From a virus (Duplodnaviria > Caudoviricetes), in the IMG/VR virus record IMGVR_UViG_3300028326_000306, positions 1-40,852 of that record: a DNA stretch of 40,852 nucleotides; one strand, given 5' to 3'. How positions within the stretch are numbered: the first letter of the stretch is position 1; the number at the start of each line of letters is the position of its first letter. Made by a program: the position numbers and the translations under genes. Below are positions 1 to 9,700 of the stretch, one piece after another. Below the pieces are notes generated by a model. That model worked only from the letters and a program-made list of their open reading frames with translations, was not told the DNA's origin and did not search any database.

Positions 1-243
1 TCACTCATCCTCTCTCTCAATCATAGGTTTGCTGTCCAGCAGACCCTTGCTTGACGGATCAACAAACACTCCGACAAGTGCTATGATTACCGATCCGATC
101 ATGTACGGATTATGGATCAGCTGCAGCAGTGCAGCGTAGACCGCATTCCATGATGTCAGTGTATCAGCCGATACTCCCATAGCAGTCAGCACGATACCGA
201 TTATTCCTATCCAAAAGTATGGATTTCTCATTCTTTTTTTCAT
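1..243 (-). CDS. Phage holin (phi-LC3-like)
   Basis: MKKRMRNPYFWIGIIG...GVFVDPSSKGLLDS: two hydrophobic segments and a DP(S/T)xxGxxDS tail typical of Firmicutes phage holins. Start moved to ATG at 243, which follows an AGGAGG RBS. Confidence 0.85.
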   Translation of the reverse strand: MKKRMRNPYFWIGIIGIVLTAMGVSADTLTSWNAVYAALLQLIHNPYMIGSVIIALVGVFVDPSSKGLLDSKPMIEREDE

Positions 244-254
244 ATATGTCCTCC

Positions 255-455
255 TTATCTCGTAGACAAAATAGCAATCACTGTTGATCCAAAGCCAGTA
301 ACTATAGCAGTAAATAAAACCCAAAAGGCTTTTACTAAAAAGTCTTGAGTTGTCTTAACCTCTGTTACATCATTGCTTGTATCGTTCAGCTTGTCCGAAA
401 AGTCTTTCCTATAGTTTTCACACTCGCTATGTGTTACACAGTTCATATCAGGCAT
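255..455 (-). CDS. Small coiled-coil plus C-terminal TM protein of the lysis module (XhlA-like)
   Basis: MPDMNCVTHSECENYRK..., coiled-coil followed by one hydrophobic helix; lies just upstream of the holin; AAAGGAG RBS before ATG at 455. Confidence 0.6.
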   Translation of the reverse strand: MPDMNCVTHSECENYRKDFSDKLNDTSNDVTEVKTTQDFLVKAFWVLFTAIVTGFGSTVIAILSTR

Positions 456-481
456 CGCTATCTCCTTTCTGCTTTTTTTAC

Positions 482-519
482 ATAATAGCAAAAGGCAGTC
501 ACGATTGTGACTGCCTACC
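482..519 (-). promoter_or_regulatory. Putative late promoter for the lysis genes
   Basis: Minus strand GGTAGGCA-GTCACA-N15-TGC-TATTAT, same layout and spacing as the sites at 24586-24623 and 28882-28919. Confidence 0.6.
490..516 (-). terminator. Intrinsic terminator after the 426-aa repeat gene
   Basis: Perfect 10-bp stem AGGCAGTCAC (493-502) / GTGACTGCCT (507-516), 4-nt loop, short T tract on the minus strand. Confidence 0.7.
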
Positions 520-526
520 GATGTGA

Positions 527-1807
527 TTATAATGTCCAAACTTTTCCCGTGGTAGTTGATGTGCATTTGGTTTTAGTTATACCTTCAATCTTAAACTCCG
601 AGGCTTTTATCACTTTTGGTACTTGCAGAACAACAGATGTTCCGCTATTATCACTATCTCTATAGCATATTAGGACATGATTAGAATCAATTAAGACTGC
701 TGAAATGCCAGTTGTATTGGCTGCATTAAACACTGTTTCAGTTCCTACCGTGATTGTTGTTCCATTAATAGTAAGAATTATAGTTGTTCCATAAAAATTG
801 TTTACAAAATCTGAATAGCATACTAGAACATGATTTGAGTCGATAAGGATTGGTTGATTAGTAAATGTAAGTCCTGCATTAAACACTGTTTCTGTTCCTA
901 TTGTGATAGTAGTGCTACTGATAGTTAGCATTTGTGCTGTTCCATAATTTTTATTACCTTCATCTTTATAGCACACTAAAGCATGAGTTGAATCCAATAG
1001 AACTGCTGAAATAGAACTTGTACTGGCTGCATTAAATACTGTTTCTGTTCCTATCGTGATTGTTGTACCGCTGATAGTAAGTACAACTGCTGTTCCATAG
1101 CTATTATTACCTGCATCTTGATAAAATACAAAAGCATGTGCTGAATCCAATACAAATACTGAAATATATGCTGTACTACCTGCATTAAAGAATTTTTCTG
1201 TTCCTGCTGTAACTGTTGTCCCACTAATAGTTAAAATCTGTGCAGTTCCATAACCACCGTATCCATTATCTTTATAGCACACTAAAGCATGAGTTGAATC
1301 CAATAGAACTGCTGAAATAGAACTTGTACTGGCTGCATTAAACACTGTTTCTGTTCCTATCGTGATTGTTGTTCCATTAATAGTAAGAATTATAGCTGTT
1401 CCATAGCCACTGTTATCACTATCTCTATAGCATATTAGGACATGATTAGAATCAATGAGAACCACATTTTTATCCTCTGTATTACCGGAATTAAACACCG
1501 TTTCAGTTCCTGTTGTGATTGAAGTACCGCTGACAGTCAAAACAACGGCTGTTCCGTAATTGCTATTGCCTCCATCCTGATAGCATACCAAAGCATGCAT
1601 TGAATCTATAAGAATTGCTGAAATGTAATTTGTACTAGCTGCATTAAACACTGCTTCTGTTCCACTTATTAAATTATTGTAATCATTTAAAAATTCCACA
1701 AATGTATTAGCACTTATATCTGCTCCAGACGCACGGTATTCACCAATAATACCGTTTATTACATCACTACTGCCTCCGCCACGTCTCGTAATATAACAAT
1801 CTCCCAT
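527..1807 (-). CDS. Putative receptor-binding protein with seven 51-aa repeats (probable beta-propeller)
   Basis: N-terminal MGDCYITRRGGG resembles clostridial phage fibre-tip proteins; seven copies of GTExVFN...(L/I)DSxH(A/V)LxxYxD...YGT; directly downstream of the tail fibre gene. Confidence 0.7.
   Translation of the reverse strand: MGDCYITRRGGGSSDVINGIIGEYRASGADISANTFVEFLNDYNNLISGTEAVFNAASTNYISAILIDSMHALVCYQDGGNSNYGTAVVLTVSGTSITTGTETVFNSGNTEDKNVVLIDSNHVLICYRDSDNSGYGTAIILTINGTTITIGTETVFNAASTSSISAVLLDSTHALVCYKDNGYGGYGTAQILTISGTTVTAGTEKFFNAGSTAYISVFVLDSAHAFVFYQDAGNNSYGTAVVLTISGTTITIGTETVFNAASTSSISAVLLDSTHALVCYKDEGNKNYGTAQMLTISSTTITIGTETVFNAGLTFTNQPILIDSNHVLVCYSDFVNNFYGTTIILTINGTTITVGTETVFNAANTTGISAVLIDSNHVLICYRDSDNSGTSVVLQVPKVIKASEFKIEGITKTKCTSTTTGKVWTL
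625..1670. repeat. Seven tandem 153-bp coding repeats
   Basis: About 100 bp at 964-1065 matches 1270-1371 with one mismatch (offset 306 = 2x153); 41 bp at 651-691 is identical to 1416-1456 (offset 765 = 5x153). Confidence 0.9.
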
Positions 1808-3703
1808 TTATCTCACCACCTTAATCTGAATAGGAATAGAAACCGTCAACGCTTCTGATGTATATATCTTTAGAGTGTCATCAGCAGTGACTGTCATCTT
1901 ATATATCTTGCTCCAGGCTCCGTCTATCGTCTCGTCTTTTGCTCCGTCTACTGGAACATAATCTACAGTAGGCATGTCGCTTGCAAGCAATCCTGATATT
2001 GTAAGGTTTTGCGTGAAGTATCCTGTGTTGTCGGTCCAGGATGTACCTATGGTTGATGAATAATTAATTACTGCTGCTTTACCGCTGAGTTTATTATCTG
2101 CCTCAGTCTTTGTATAAGCATCACCGATTCCATATCCGGCTAGAGTTGTTGCACTGGCGGCTTTGCCATTGACTGTTGTAGTGAGAGCATCTATCAGTGC
2201 TTTAAGAGAAACACCCTGTGCAGCAGACAGAGGCTGATTTGCAACATTGGTAGTCAGATTATTGATGATTGCCGAAACAGAAACCTTATCTGTTGTTACC
2301 GACTCTATCAATGTCCTATTTGATTTGATGTATGCCACAATTTCCGACAGCTGGTCCAGTGTAGTATCATCACTGTTTGCTAATGCGTTGAGTCTTGTTG
2401 TCAGATCAGCAATCAATGTACGGATGTCAGAGTGAGCATTATTAGCAGCGTTATGTGTGCTAAGTGCCGTAGACGCTTGGTTAGCTAAAGATGTATCTTG
2501 ACTGTCAACATAGGTCTTATCAGCCTTAATGCTTAAATCAGGCTTGCCGCTAAGATCACTATACAGCCCTGATTTAGCAACAACAGCAAGATCAGCATTC
2601 TTAGCATATGGAGTCAGATCTATGTTTTGTGCATTCTGAGCAACCTTAGATGCCAGTATATCTATCTCGGCCTGCGTCAGATCGGCATATGTCATCTTGT
2701 CTCCCTTGTCTCCTTTGGGCAGCACAAAGTTAAACTTGGCTGCTGTCGGAGTGCCGACATTGGAAACGCTCGGAATATCACCTGATGTTACTGTCCCTGC
2801 CGCTATCGTAGCTGCAGCTCCAGGATCGCCTTGCGGTCCCTTTAAAACTGCGAGCTGATCTGCCGTAAAATCCGTATACTTAAAAGCATCGCCCTTGTCA
2901 CCTTTTAATCCAAGCAGCTGATCTGCCGTAAAATCCGTATAGATAAATGGATCGCCCTTATCGCCTTTAGGTCCAGTCAGTGCCGCAAGCTGTGCAGGAG
3001 TAAAATCCGTATATACAAACGGATCACCTTTGGCTCCCTTGAGTGCTGTCAGCTGATCTGCGGTAAAATCATCGTAAACAAATGGATCGCCTTTAGGTCC
3101 CTTCAAGCCCAGCAGCTGATCTGACGTGAAGTCAGTGTAAATAAACGGATCGCCCTTATCACCTTTATCACCCTTAACATAGCCAAAATCGAAAGACTGA
3201 CCGGCCTTGTTGGTAACGATCAGATGATTGGATGCATCAATTTTTATTGTGTCGATCTCACCTTTAATTGCCTCTCTCGCCTGCTCAGCAGAGTTAATCA
3301 GCATGTTGATGATCTGATCGTATATGTCCACCGTAGGCGGATTTATAGTGTCACCTGCTGAATAACTAGTTTCGTTTATCATTACCGGAAATGGGATACA
3401 TTTTAAATCCGGTTCAATGGAAACGGTACTGGTAGTTATTACGGTTCCATTAGCCATACCAACTACAGAAACAACAAAACCTCCCTGCTTAATAACCTCC
3501 CAAGGAATCACGCACCTATCATCAGTCAATAAAACAGGTTTTACCAATTCCTTCCTTGTAAAAATAGCAGTCTTAGTCATTCCATCCCATTCTGAGGAAA
3601 ACGTGAAAACAGCATTCAGATAGTTTTTAGCATCTGATACAATTATGTTATGCTCTTGAACCACTGCAGTCTGACCATTCACTGTTATGTGTATATCATA
3701 CAT
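1808..3703 (-). CDS. Tail fibre protein with BppU-like N-terminus and collagen-like repeats
   Basis: N-terminal FTFSSEWDGMTKTAIF motif, G-X-Y triplets interleaved with FxYxDFTxxQL, coiled-coil LDQLSEIVAYIK and ATTLAGYGIGDAYTK fibre motifs. Confidence 0.85.
   Translation of the reverse strand: MYDIHITVNGQTAVVQEHNIIVSDAKNYLNAVFTFSSEWDGMTKTAIFTRKELVKPVLLTDDRCVIPWEVIKQGGFVVSVVGMANGTVITTSTVSIEPDLKCIPFPVMINETSYSAGDTINPPTVDIYDQIINMLINSAEQAREAIKGEIDTIKIDASNHLIVTNKAGQSFDFGYVKGDKGDKGDPFIYTDFTSDQLLGLKGPKGDPFVYDDFTADQLTALKGAKGDPFVYTDFTPAQLAALTGPKGDKGDPFIYTDFTADQLLGLKGDKGDAFKYTDFTADQLAVLKGPQGDPGAAATIAAGTVTSGDIPSVSNVGTPTAAKFNFVLPKGDKGDKMTYADLTQAEIDILASKVAQNAQNIDLTPYAKNADLAVVAKSGLYSDLSGKPDLSIKADKTYVDSQDTSLANQASTALSTHNAANNAHSDIRTLIADLTTRLNALANSDDTTLDQLSEIVAYIKSNRTLIESVTTDKVSVSAIINNLTTNVANQPLSAAQGVSLKALIDALTTTVNGKAASATTLAGYGIGDAYTKTEADNKLSGKAAVINYSSTIGTSWTDNTGYFTQNLTISGLLASDMPTVDYVPVDGAKDETIDGAWSKIYKMTVTADDTLKIYTSEALTVSIPIQIKVVR
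2821..3175. repeat. Five ~60-bp collagen-like coding repeats
   Basis: Five copies of GxKGD(P/A)FxYxDFTxxQLxxL(K/T) in the fibre, also visible as DNA repeats such as GCTGATCTGCCGTAAAATCCGTATA. Confidence 0.85.
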
Positions 3704-3731
3704 GGCATTTCTCCTTTCTTTATATAGCCCA

Positions 3732-3765
3732 ATTATAGAGAAAAGCAGGGAGTGTTTCGCCTCCC
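3732..3765 (-). promoter_or_regulatory. Putative late promoter for the fibre operon
   Basis: Minus strand GGGAGGCG-N20-TATAAT upstream of the AAAGGAG RBS of the 631-aa gene; same spacing as 16640-16673. Confidence 0.55.
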
Positions 3766-3771
3766 TGCTTT
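3741..3771 (-). terminator. Intrinsic terminator after the giant gene (possibly bidirectional)
   Basis: AAAGCAGGGAG-N8-CTCCCTGCTTT inverted repeat a few bases past the stop codon at 3778. Confidence 0.8.
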
Positions 3772-3777
3772 ATCCTG

Positions 3778-6700
3778 CTATTTTTCGTATGTCTCATAGC
3801 CTCCGGCAATAAGACTCTTGGTTTCCCATCCGTACTTGTAATGATAGTTCCAAGCCCTTCTCCATGCCTCAGATGTGTTGCCGGCCTTAAGCAGCTTACC
3901 TAGCTCGTTGACAGCCATTTCTCGCTTCACACCCTTTATCACAGTCTTTTCGATATAATCCTCACTTACACCGTTATTCCGCATGATAGCGATTATTTTC
4001 TTGGCCTCATTAGTTTTTCCTGCAAGCATAGCATCCTTGTACTTGCTATACAGACTGCTCCGGAATTTGTTCTTGGTATTGAATCCGTACTGTCTTAATA
4101 TCGACAGCACTGACTTTGCCGTTGAATAATCAGATTCGTCTATAGCATCGTAGTAAACGGAATTAAGTGCTGACTTCAGCTTACCTTTGGCCTTGTCCTC
4201 CGGATAACCTGCAGCAACCATGTTCTCATATGCATCAGTTATTGATCCGGTATCGCCTGACTTTATAGCCTTGTCAATGCCGCTTGAGTATTCCTCGGAT
4301 ATTTTGGAATTCACATAATCAGTGATTTCCTTTTCCTTATATCCATGCTCAAGCATATCCGCCTTGATCTTTTCTGCCGCCTCTGTGTCACCGGCCTCTT
4401 TAGCAGCCATGAAGTCACGTTTGAAAACTGCTGCGTTCTTTTTATTGTCTATGGAGTAGTACATCCTATGCTTGATATAGTCAGTCTTAGATTTTGATAC
4501 AACCATTTTATATGTCTGCTCCCATATTGACTCACCGTCACGCATCACATTGTACAATGGTATTCCTGTCACATCGGATATACCCTTGCTTGTTGATTTG
4601 ATCTTCTGATACAGTGACAGCTTGCTGTTCTGCCAATCAGTCACCGCCTTGACCAAGTTGGTTATACCTTCCATATCCAGCCTTGTCACATCGTAGCCCT
4701 GGAAAAGCGAGTTAACATCCCTCAGCATAGGCAGCAGCGTAAGCGGATTTACATTCTGTCCAATGTTCTGAATGCTGTACTTCTGCCATTTCTCAAGGAA
4801 TGTTTTGTCCTTGTCATCGTCATCAGCTCCTCTCAGAGCGTCAATTAATGCCGCTACTATTGATACAGCTGCAGCGTTAGCCATGAATACTGATATAACC
4901 CTTGCCACTCTCTTGGTAGCACTTGCTTTTTTTCCGGCCTTGAAGTCATGTCCTGCAATAAGCAGCTCTGTCCTCAACAGATTATACGTTTTCGTAGGCT
5001 CCGCCATGAATGATGTTACGATCTTACTCATGGTGTCATTGTTACGCATAAACTGCGATCTGTGGAACACGCTGTCAACTACCTGAGTACGGTCAATAAC
5101 ATAGCTGAAACGCTCGTTTACGGCCTTCCAGTAATCTTCTGATCCAGGCTTCAGATCTTTTCTCGTAGCGTTAATCTCATGCTTAACAGCATTCCATATC
5201 CAAGCCCAGCCAATATCATCAGCTTTTCCGTAAGCTCCCATGAAAATTTTATCTGCAGTCGATTTGTTGTCCATGAAAATATCTTTCATGTCACGGCTAA
5301 CATCAGTGTTGTAGAAGCCCCAGCTCTTCCACTTGGCGATTGGTGATTTCTCCTGCATCTCATTAATGCTGATTCCAAGGTTAGTAGGATTAGCAAGATA
5401 CTTCTGATCTATCACAGCTCCGGCTCTGACTATAGCTGTAGGCTGCTGGACCAAAACCCTCAGATTCAGGCCCAATGTTCCCTGCTTCATTTTCCTTAAG
5501 AAGAAATTGATAAGGTTATGGTCGCTGATGCTCGTATAGTTTTGGTTCAAGTCATTCATGAAACGCTTAATGTAAGCGTTGGCTGACTTTCCATAAGCCT
5601 TTCTGATGCTGTCCTGCACCGATGCTGTTATGATTTTGTCCTGCATCTGCTTGTAATTGTAGACTCTCTCAAAGTCCGTTATTGCCGGCACTAGGCTGTT
5701 GTACATCGACATGGTAGTTGCATGCTGCGTCAGCACGTTGAAAATGTCATCAATAACTATAGGATTATTGGCATTGACCACAGTGTTCTTGGTAAAGCCC
5801 ACGTTCTTGATCTTTGCCGGCTGCCTGTTATCAAACATTTCATTAAGGAATGCATCTGCAGATTTTATAGGGAAGTAATTCTGTTCTGTAAATTTACGGT
5901 ATCCGTACAGCCTCATGGATGTTTCATTTCCCCAGTCAGCACATGTAGTGTTCAGATAGTCCTGGATTTCCTCTGCAGCTGCTCTCTGCTCACGGCTAAG
6001 CGTTGATATTATTTTCTGCAGGTCCTCATAGGTAACTCTCACTTTGTTCTGAGACAGATTTTTAGAGTATACTCCCTTCATGATTTCCTGCCGCTTGCCG
6101 GCAAATGTCTGCATAGGCGATGCTACGATTCCTGATCCAAGCAGATGTGTCAGTGCCTGCTGACGCTTGCTCAGACAGTACAGCGACATTATCTGCACCG
6201 GCTGCAGCTCTATTGTCTCACCGCTTGACACTGTAAAGGATTCAGCTCTGCCATTATTCTCCCATTCCTTGATAGCGTATTTTGATCCGAGTCCCTCAAC
6301 ATACTGCTTTATCTGATCTACATTCATGATGTTCTTGTCAAATGCGTTTCTCATGTTCTGATAAAGCATATTTTCTGTGCCGCCCATAACCGCAAACATA
6401 TCAGAAGGATTTACGTTTGACTCATTAAGAAATCTCATAACCTCCGGAATGAAGCCTGACTTGTCAGCCTTGTCGCTATGCGTAGCCGCCTCAGCTATTA
6501 CCGCATCACCTAGCTCAGCTATGTTCTGCTTAATCCCCTCAGAGAAGGCTCTGTTAATGGTTGACAGCGAATATCTGATCTTTTTAATGATGTGGTATAC
6601 ATCCGCCAGCTCATCAAGATTCAGGTCCTCAAACCTTCTGCCATCCATAGCCTCTGCCAGCAGTTTCAGCTGATCTGCCATTTCCTCATCCGGCTCCAAT

Positions 6701-9700
6701 GGGGAGTCATCCGCTTTAATGGTTTCTGAGTAAGCATTGCTGAGTGCGATGAATCTCATAGTACGCTTGGACGGACCGTTCTTTTCTGTATAAGCTCTGC
6801 TTCTCTTAGTGCTGAAGTCAAAACCAGCCAACATTTCTGCTATTGCCTTTTTATATCCTTCAGGTATATGTCTGTCATCTGCCGGCTCAAGCAGCGTATG
6901 CGACATCCATTCAGCGTATGCTTCGATCCTTGATGTGTAATACTTGCGATTAGTCTTGTCCTTGTTGTTTTTCTTTACCGCATTCAGCTTGGCCTTGTAA
7001 CGAGCTTCTATTCTGTCCTTGTGCTTTTGGATCACAGCATTTCGCTCTGATACATACTTCTCAGTTTTCTCAGCCAGCTTACGCTTGTATGTTTCACGCT
7101 GCTCCTGCAGCATTTCATCATACTTGGCTTTAGTCTTGTCAGCGTATGTCTGATGCGGCTCCGTAGAATATACGGCATCAAGTATTTCCTTGGCTACAAA
7201 AGGTGTAAGCTCATTCTGCTGACGCATGCTGTAGGTTTCGTACCACGGCTCCATGTCATTCATCATGCTTGCTATGTTGCTGATCTGATCCGCTTCGTTG
7301 GTATATGTGTCTGCGTCAAAGAGGCCAGGATACTCAGCAGCAAGGTCATTGTACATTTCATCTACGCTATAGCCCTCAGTTGTGGAAAGTTTAAACCACT
7401 TTGAATTGCGTCTTTTGAAATCAGCAAATCCCTTTTCTCCGCCAAAGTCACCGATATAGCTGCTGTCTATGCGAAGAGTTCTGTTCTTCAGATCTCGCTT
7501 GATGCTCTCGTAGTTATCCTCATAGGAATCATGCATCATTTTGTACTTTGAAAGTATCATTCTAGCTGCACCCTCTGCAAGATCGTAAAGCATTCCGGTT
7601 GACATATCCTCGCCCTTATTAAGCTCAGTATATATTTCCTTGAATACCTTTTTAATTTCACCATGCAGAGCTGAATCCATATGGCCTAGGTTATCCTCGA
7701 TGATTTCGCTGATCTTCTTATTCATAACCTTTTCTTCAGGTACCGGAATCTTAGTGAGCCTAGTCTCAGCTTTTAGGAATGCGATCTTTTCGTTCAGATT
7801 TTCTATTTCCTTATTCTTCTGATTCAAGAGCTTATCCTTGTCAGATTTCATCTGAAACTTCAGATCGTATTCTGCAGCTGCCTGATTAACCTTTTCAAGT
7901 CTGTCATTCTCACCATATGTCAGATAGTCAATATCATTGCTGTCAAGTAACTGCTTTAAAGTATCGGATGCTGTTTCCGGAATTACTGCCGCTTTAATCT
8001 CGCTTAATTCTACAGCCCTCTTAGGTTTTGCTTCAAAGTATTCAGTAGGCATGTTAGCTATATCATTTACCAAAGATACTATTTCTTTTGCTATGCCAGC
8101 TGGATCAGATGCATTGGACCACTTTTTAATATAGCTGCTGATAGATGCTTCACTCTTGGATATTCTAACAGCGTCAATTATAGTAGCCATTGCATTATCA
8201 AGTGCTATAAATTCATTGTCCTGTCTCTTGTCTTTTATTTTGTTTGCTATTTTGGATAATCTTTCCCCATACTCTTCCTTATATTTTTTATAAGTATCCG
8301 GATCGGCATGAGTCAAGCGGCTGGAATCAGATTTGATCTCTTTAATGCTCTTATAATCTTTAGCCGATACACCCCATATTCCCATAGCACTGAATAGAGT
8401 ATCACCGTTCTCCTGCCCCTTCATCACCTTTACAACATTTTCAAGATTCTCCTCATAATGAAGCGTTTTGAAACTTTTTCTGTTACCGGAGCTTGTAAAT
8501 GTGTCCACGTTTGGTTTTCTTATGCCTGATGATTTTTCAATGCCTGAGAGTAATTTTTCCAACCATTTCTCATATTCGTTCTGATCTACAGCGTTATTGA
8601 TTTTGTCATATGTACCCTCAGTATCTGTGACTTCTTTAGTTGTAATTCCGCCATTAGACTTATAGTTCAAAGCGTGTCTTATGAGTAGTCCTAAACTATA
8701 ACCATTCATACTCTCAACCAATTTGTCAATTTCAGATTTTTTAAGTCCGTTTTCGGCAAGATATTTGCTGTATACCTTTATTATTTCAGGCTTGTTATTC
8801 TTTGCCCATGAAGGCCAAGCTACAGGATTGATTGACATCTGATCCTCAAACGATTTCATCAGATTAGGAGCATTATCAATGAAATACTGGGACAGTTCTT
8901 TTTCATTATCGCTGATTTCTGTAGTTTCAGTTTTATGGATCAAGTCAATAGGATGACCAGTAGTATCAGCAAGAAACATGTTTTTCATGGCTGTATCTGT
9001 TTTCAGATACTCTATCAAACCAGCCTCACCGCCATACCTTTCCAGCCGTCCATCCATATCGGATACCAAATTGTAAGGTGTGCTTCTGAATTCGCTGCGA
9101 ATCAGTCCCTTGCGTTCCAATTCATAAAACTTGTTGGAGTAATCGTTCAGCCTAGAATCATTAACCTCGTATTCCAGGTGCGGATAGATAGGTGTCCATG
9201 CATCACCGCCATATACTTTATTTGAACTCTTGGCCGGATCAATAGTATCTTTATCAAAGATCAATGAAATGTCACCGTACTCGTTATGATCGTAATCATC
9301 CTTGATAATTGCTATGCTTGGCATTGGAAGTCCGCCCAGCTTGATTGATTTCAGCAACTCAGACTCTCTGATGTTATGGACCGCAATAAGATTCTTATTT
9401 GTTTCCACCGGCTGTTTCATGCTGAAACGTATATCCGGATCGTCCGTAGGATTCTCATTGTCTACCGATTTAACCTGTTCAGGAGAAAATGCGATGTAAA
9501 TGTCAGAAGCCCCTTGAATATCCGGATCACCGTACTCGCCTATATCAACAATATCACGGAATATAACACCGTCATATCCGTTGTTCTGTGCATATTCAGC
9601 CCAGTAACGTGTGTTGTGGCCCTCCGGTAAATTCCCTTTTGAGTCTAAGCTGAAGTTTTCTATGCTATATCCGCTGTTTTCCTCTGCCTTAGTCACGGCA

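Noticed and set aside
527-1807. Diversity-generating retroelement acting on the repeat adhesin
   Set aside because: No reverse transcriptase in the window; the similar segments are all in-frame coding repeats at multiples of 153 bp, not a separate template/variable pair.
2821-3175. CRISPR-like array
   Set aside because: The repeats are degenerate at codon third positions, lack unique spacers and encode collagen-like fibre units.
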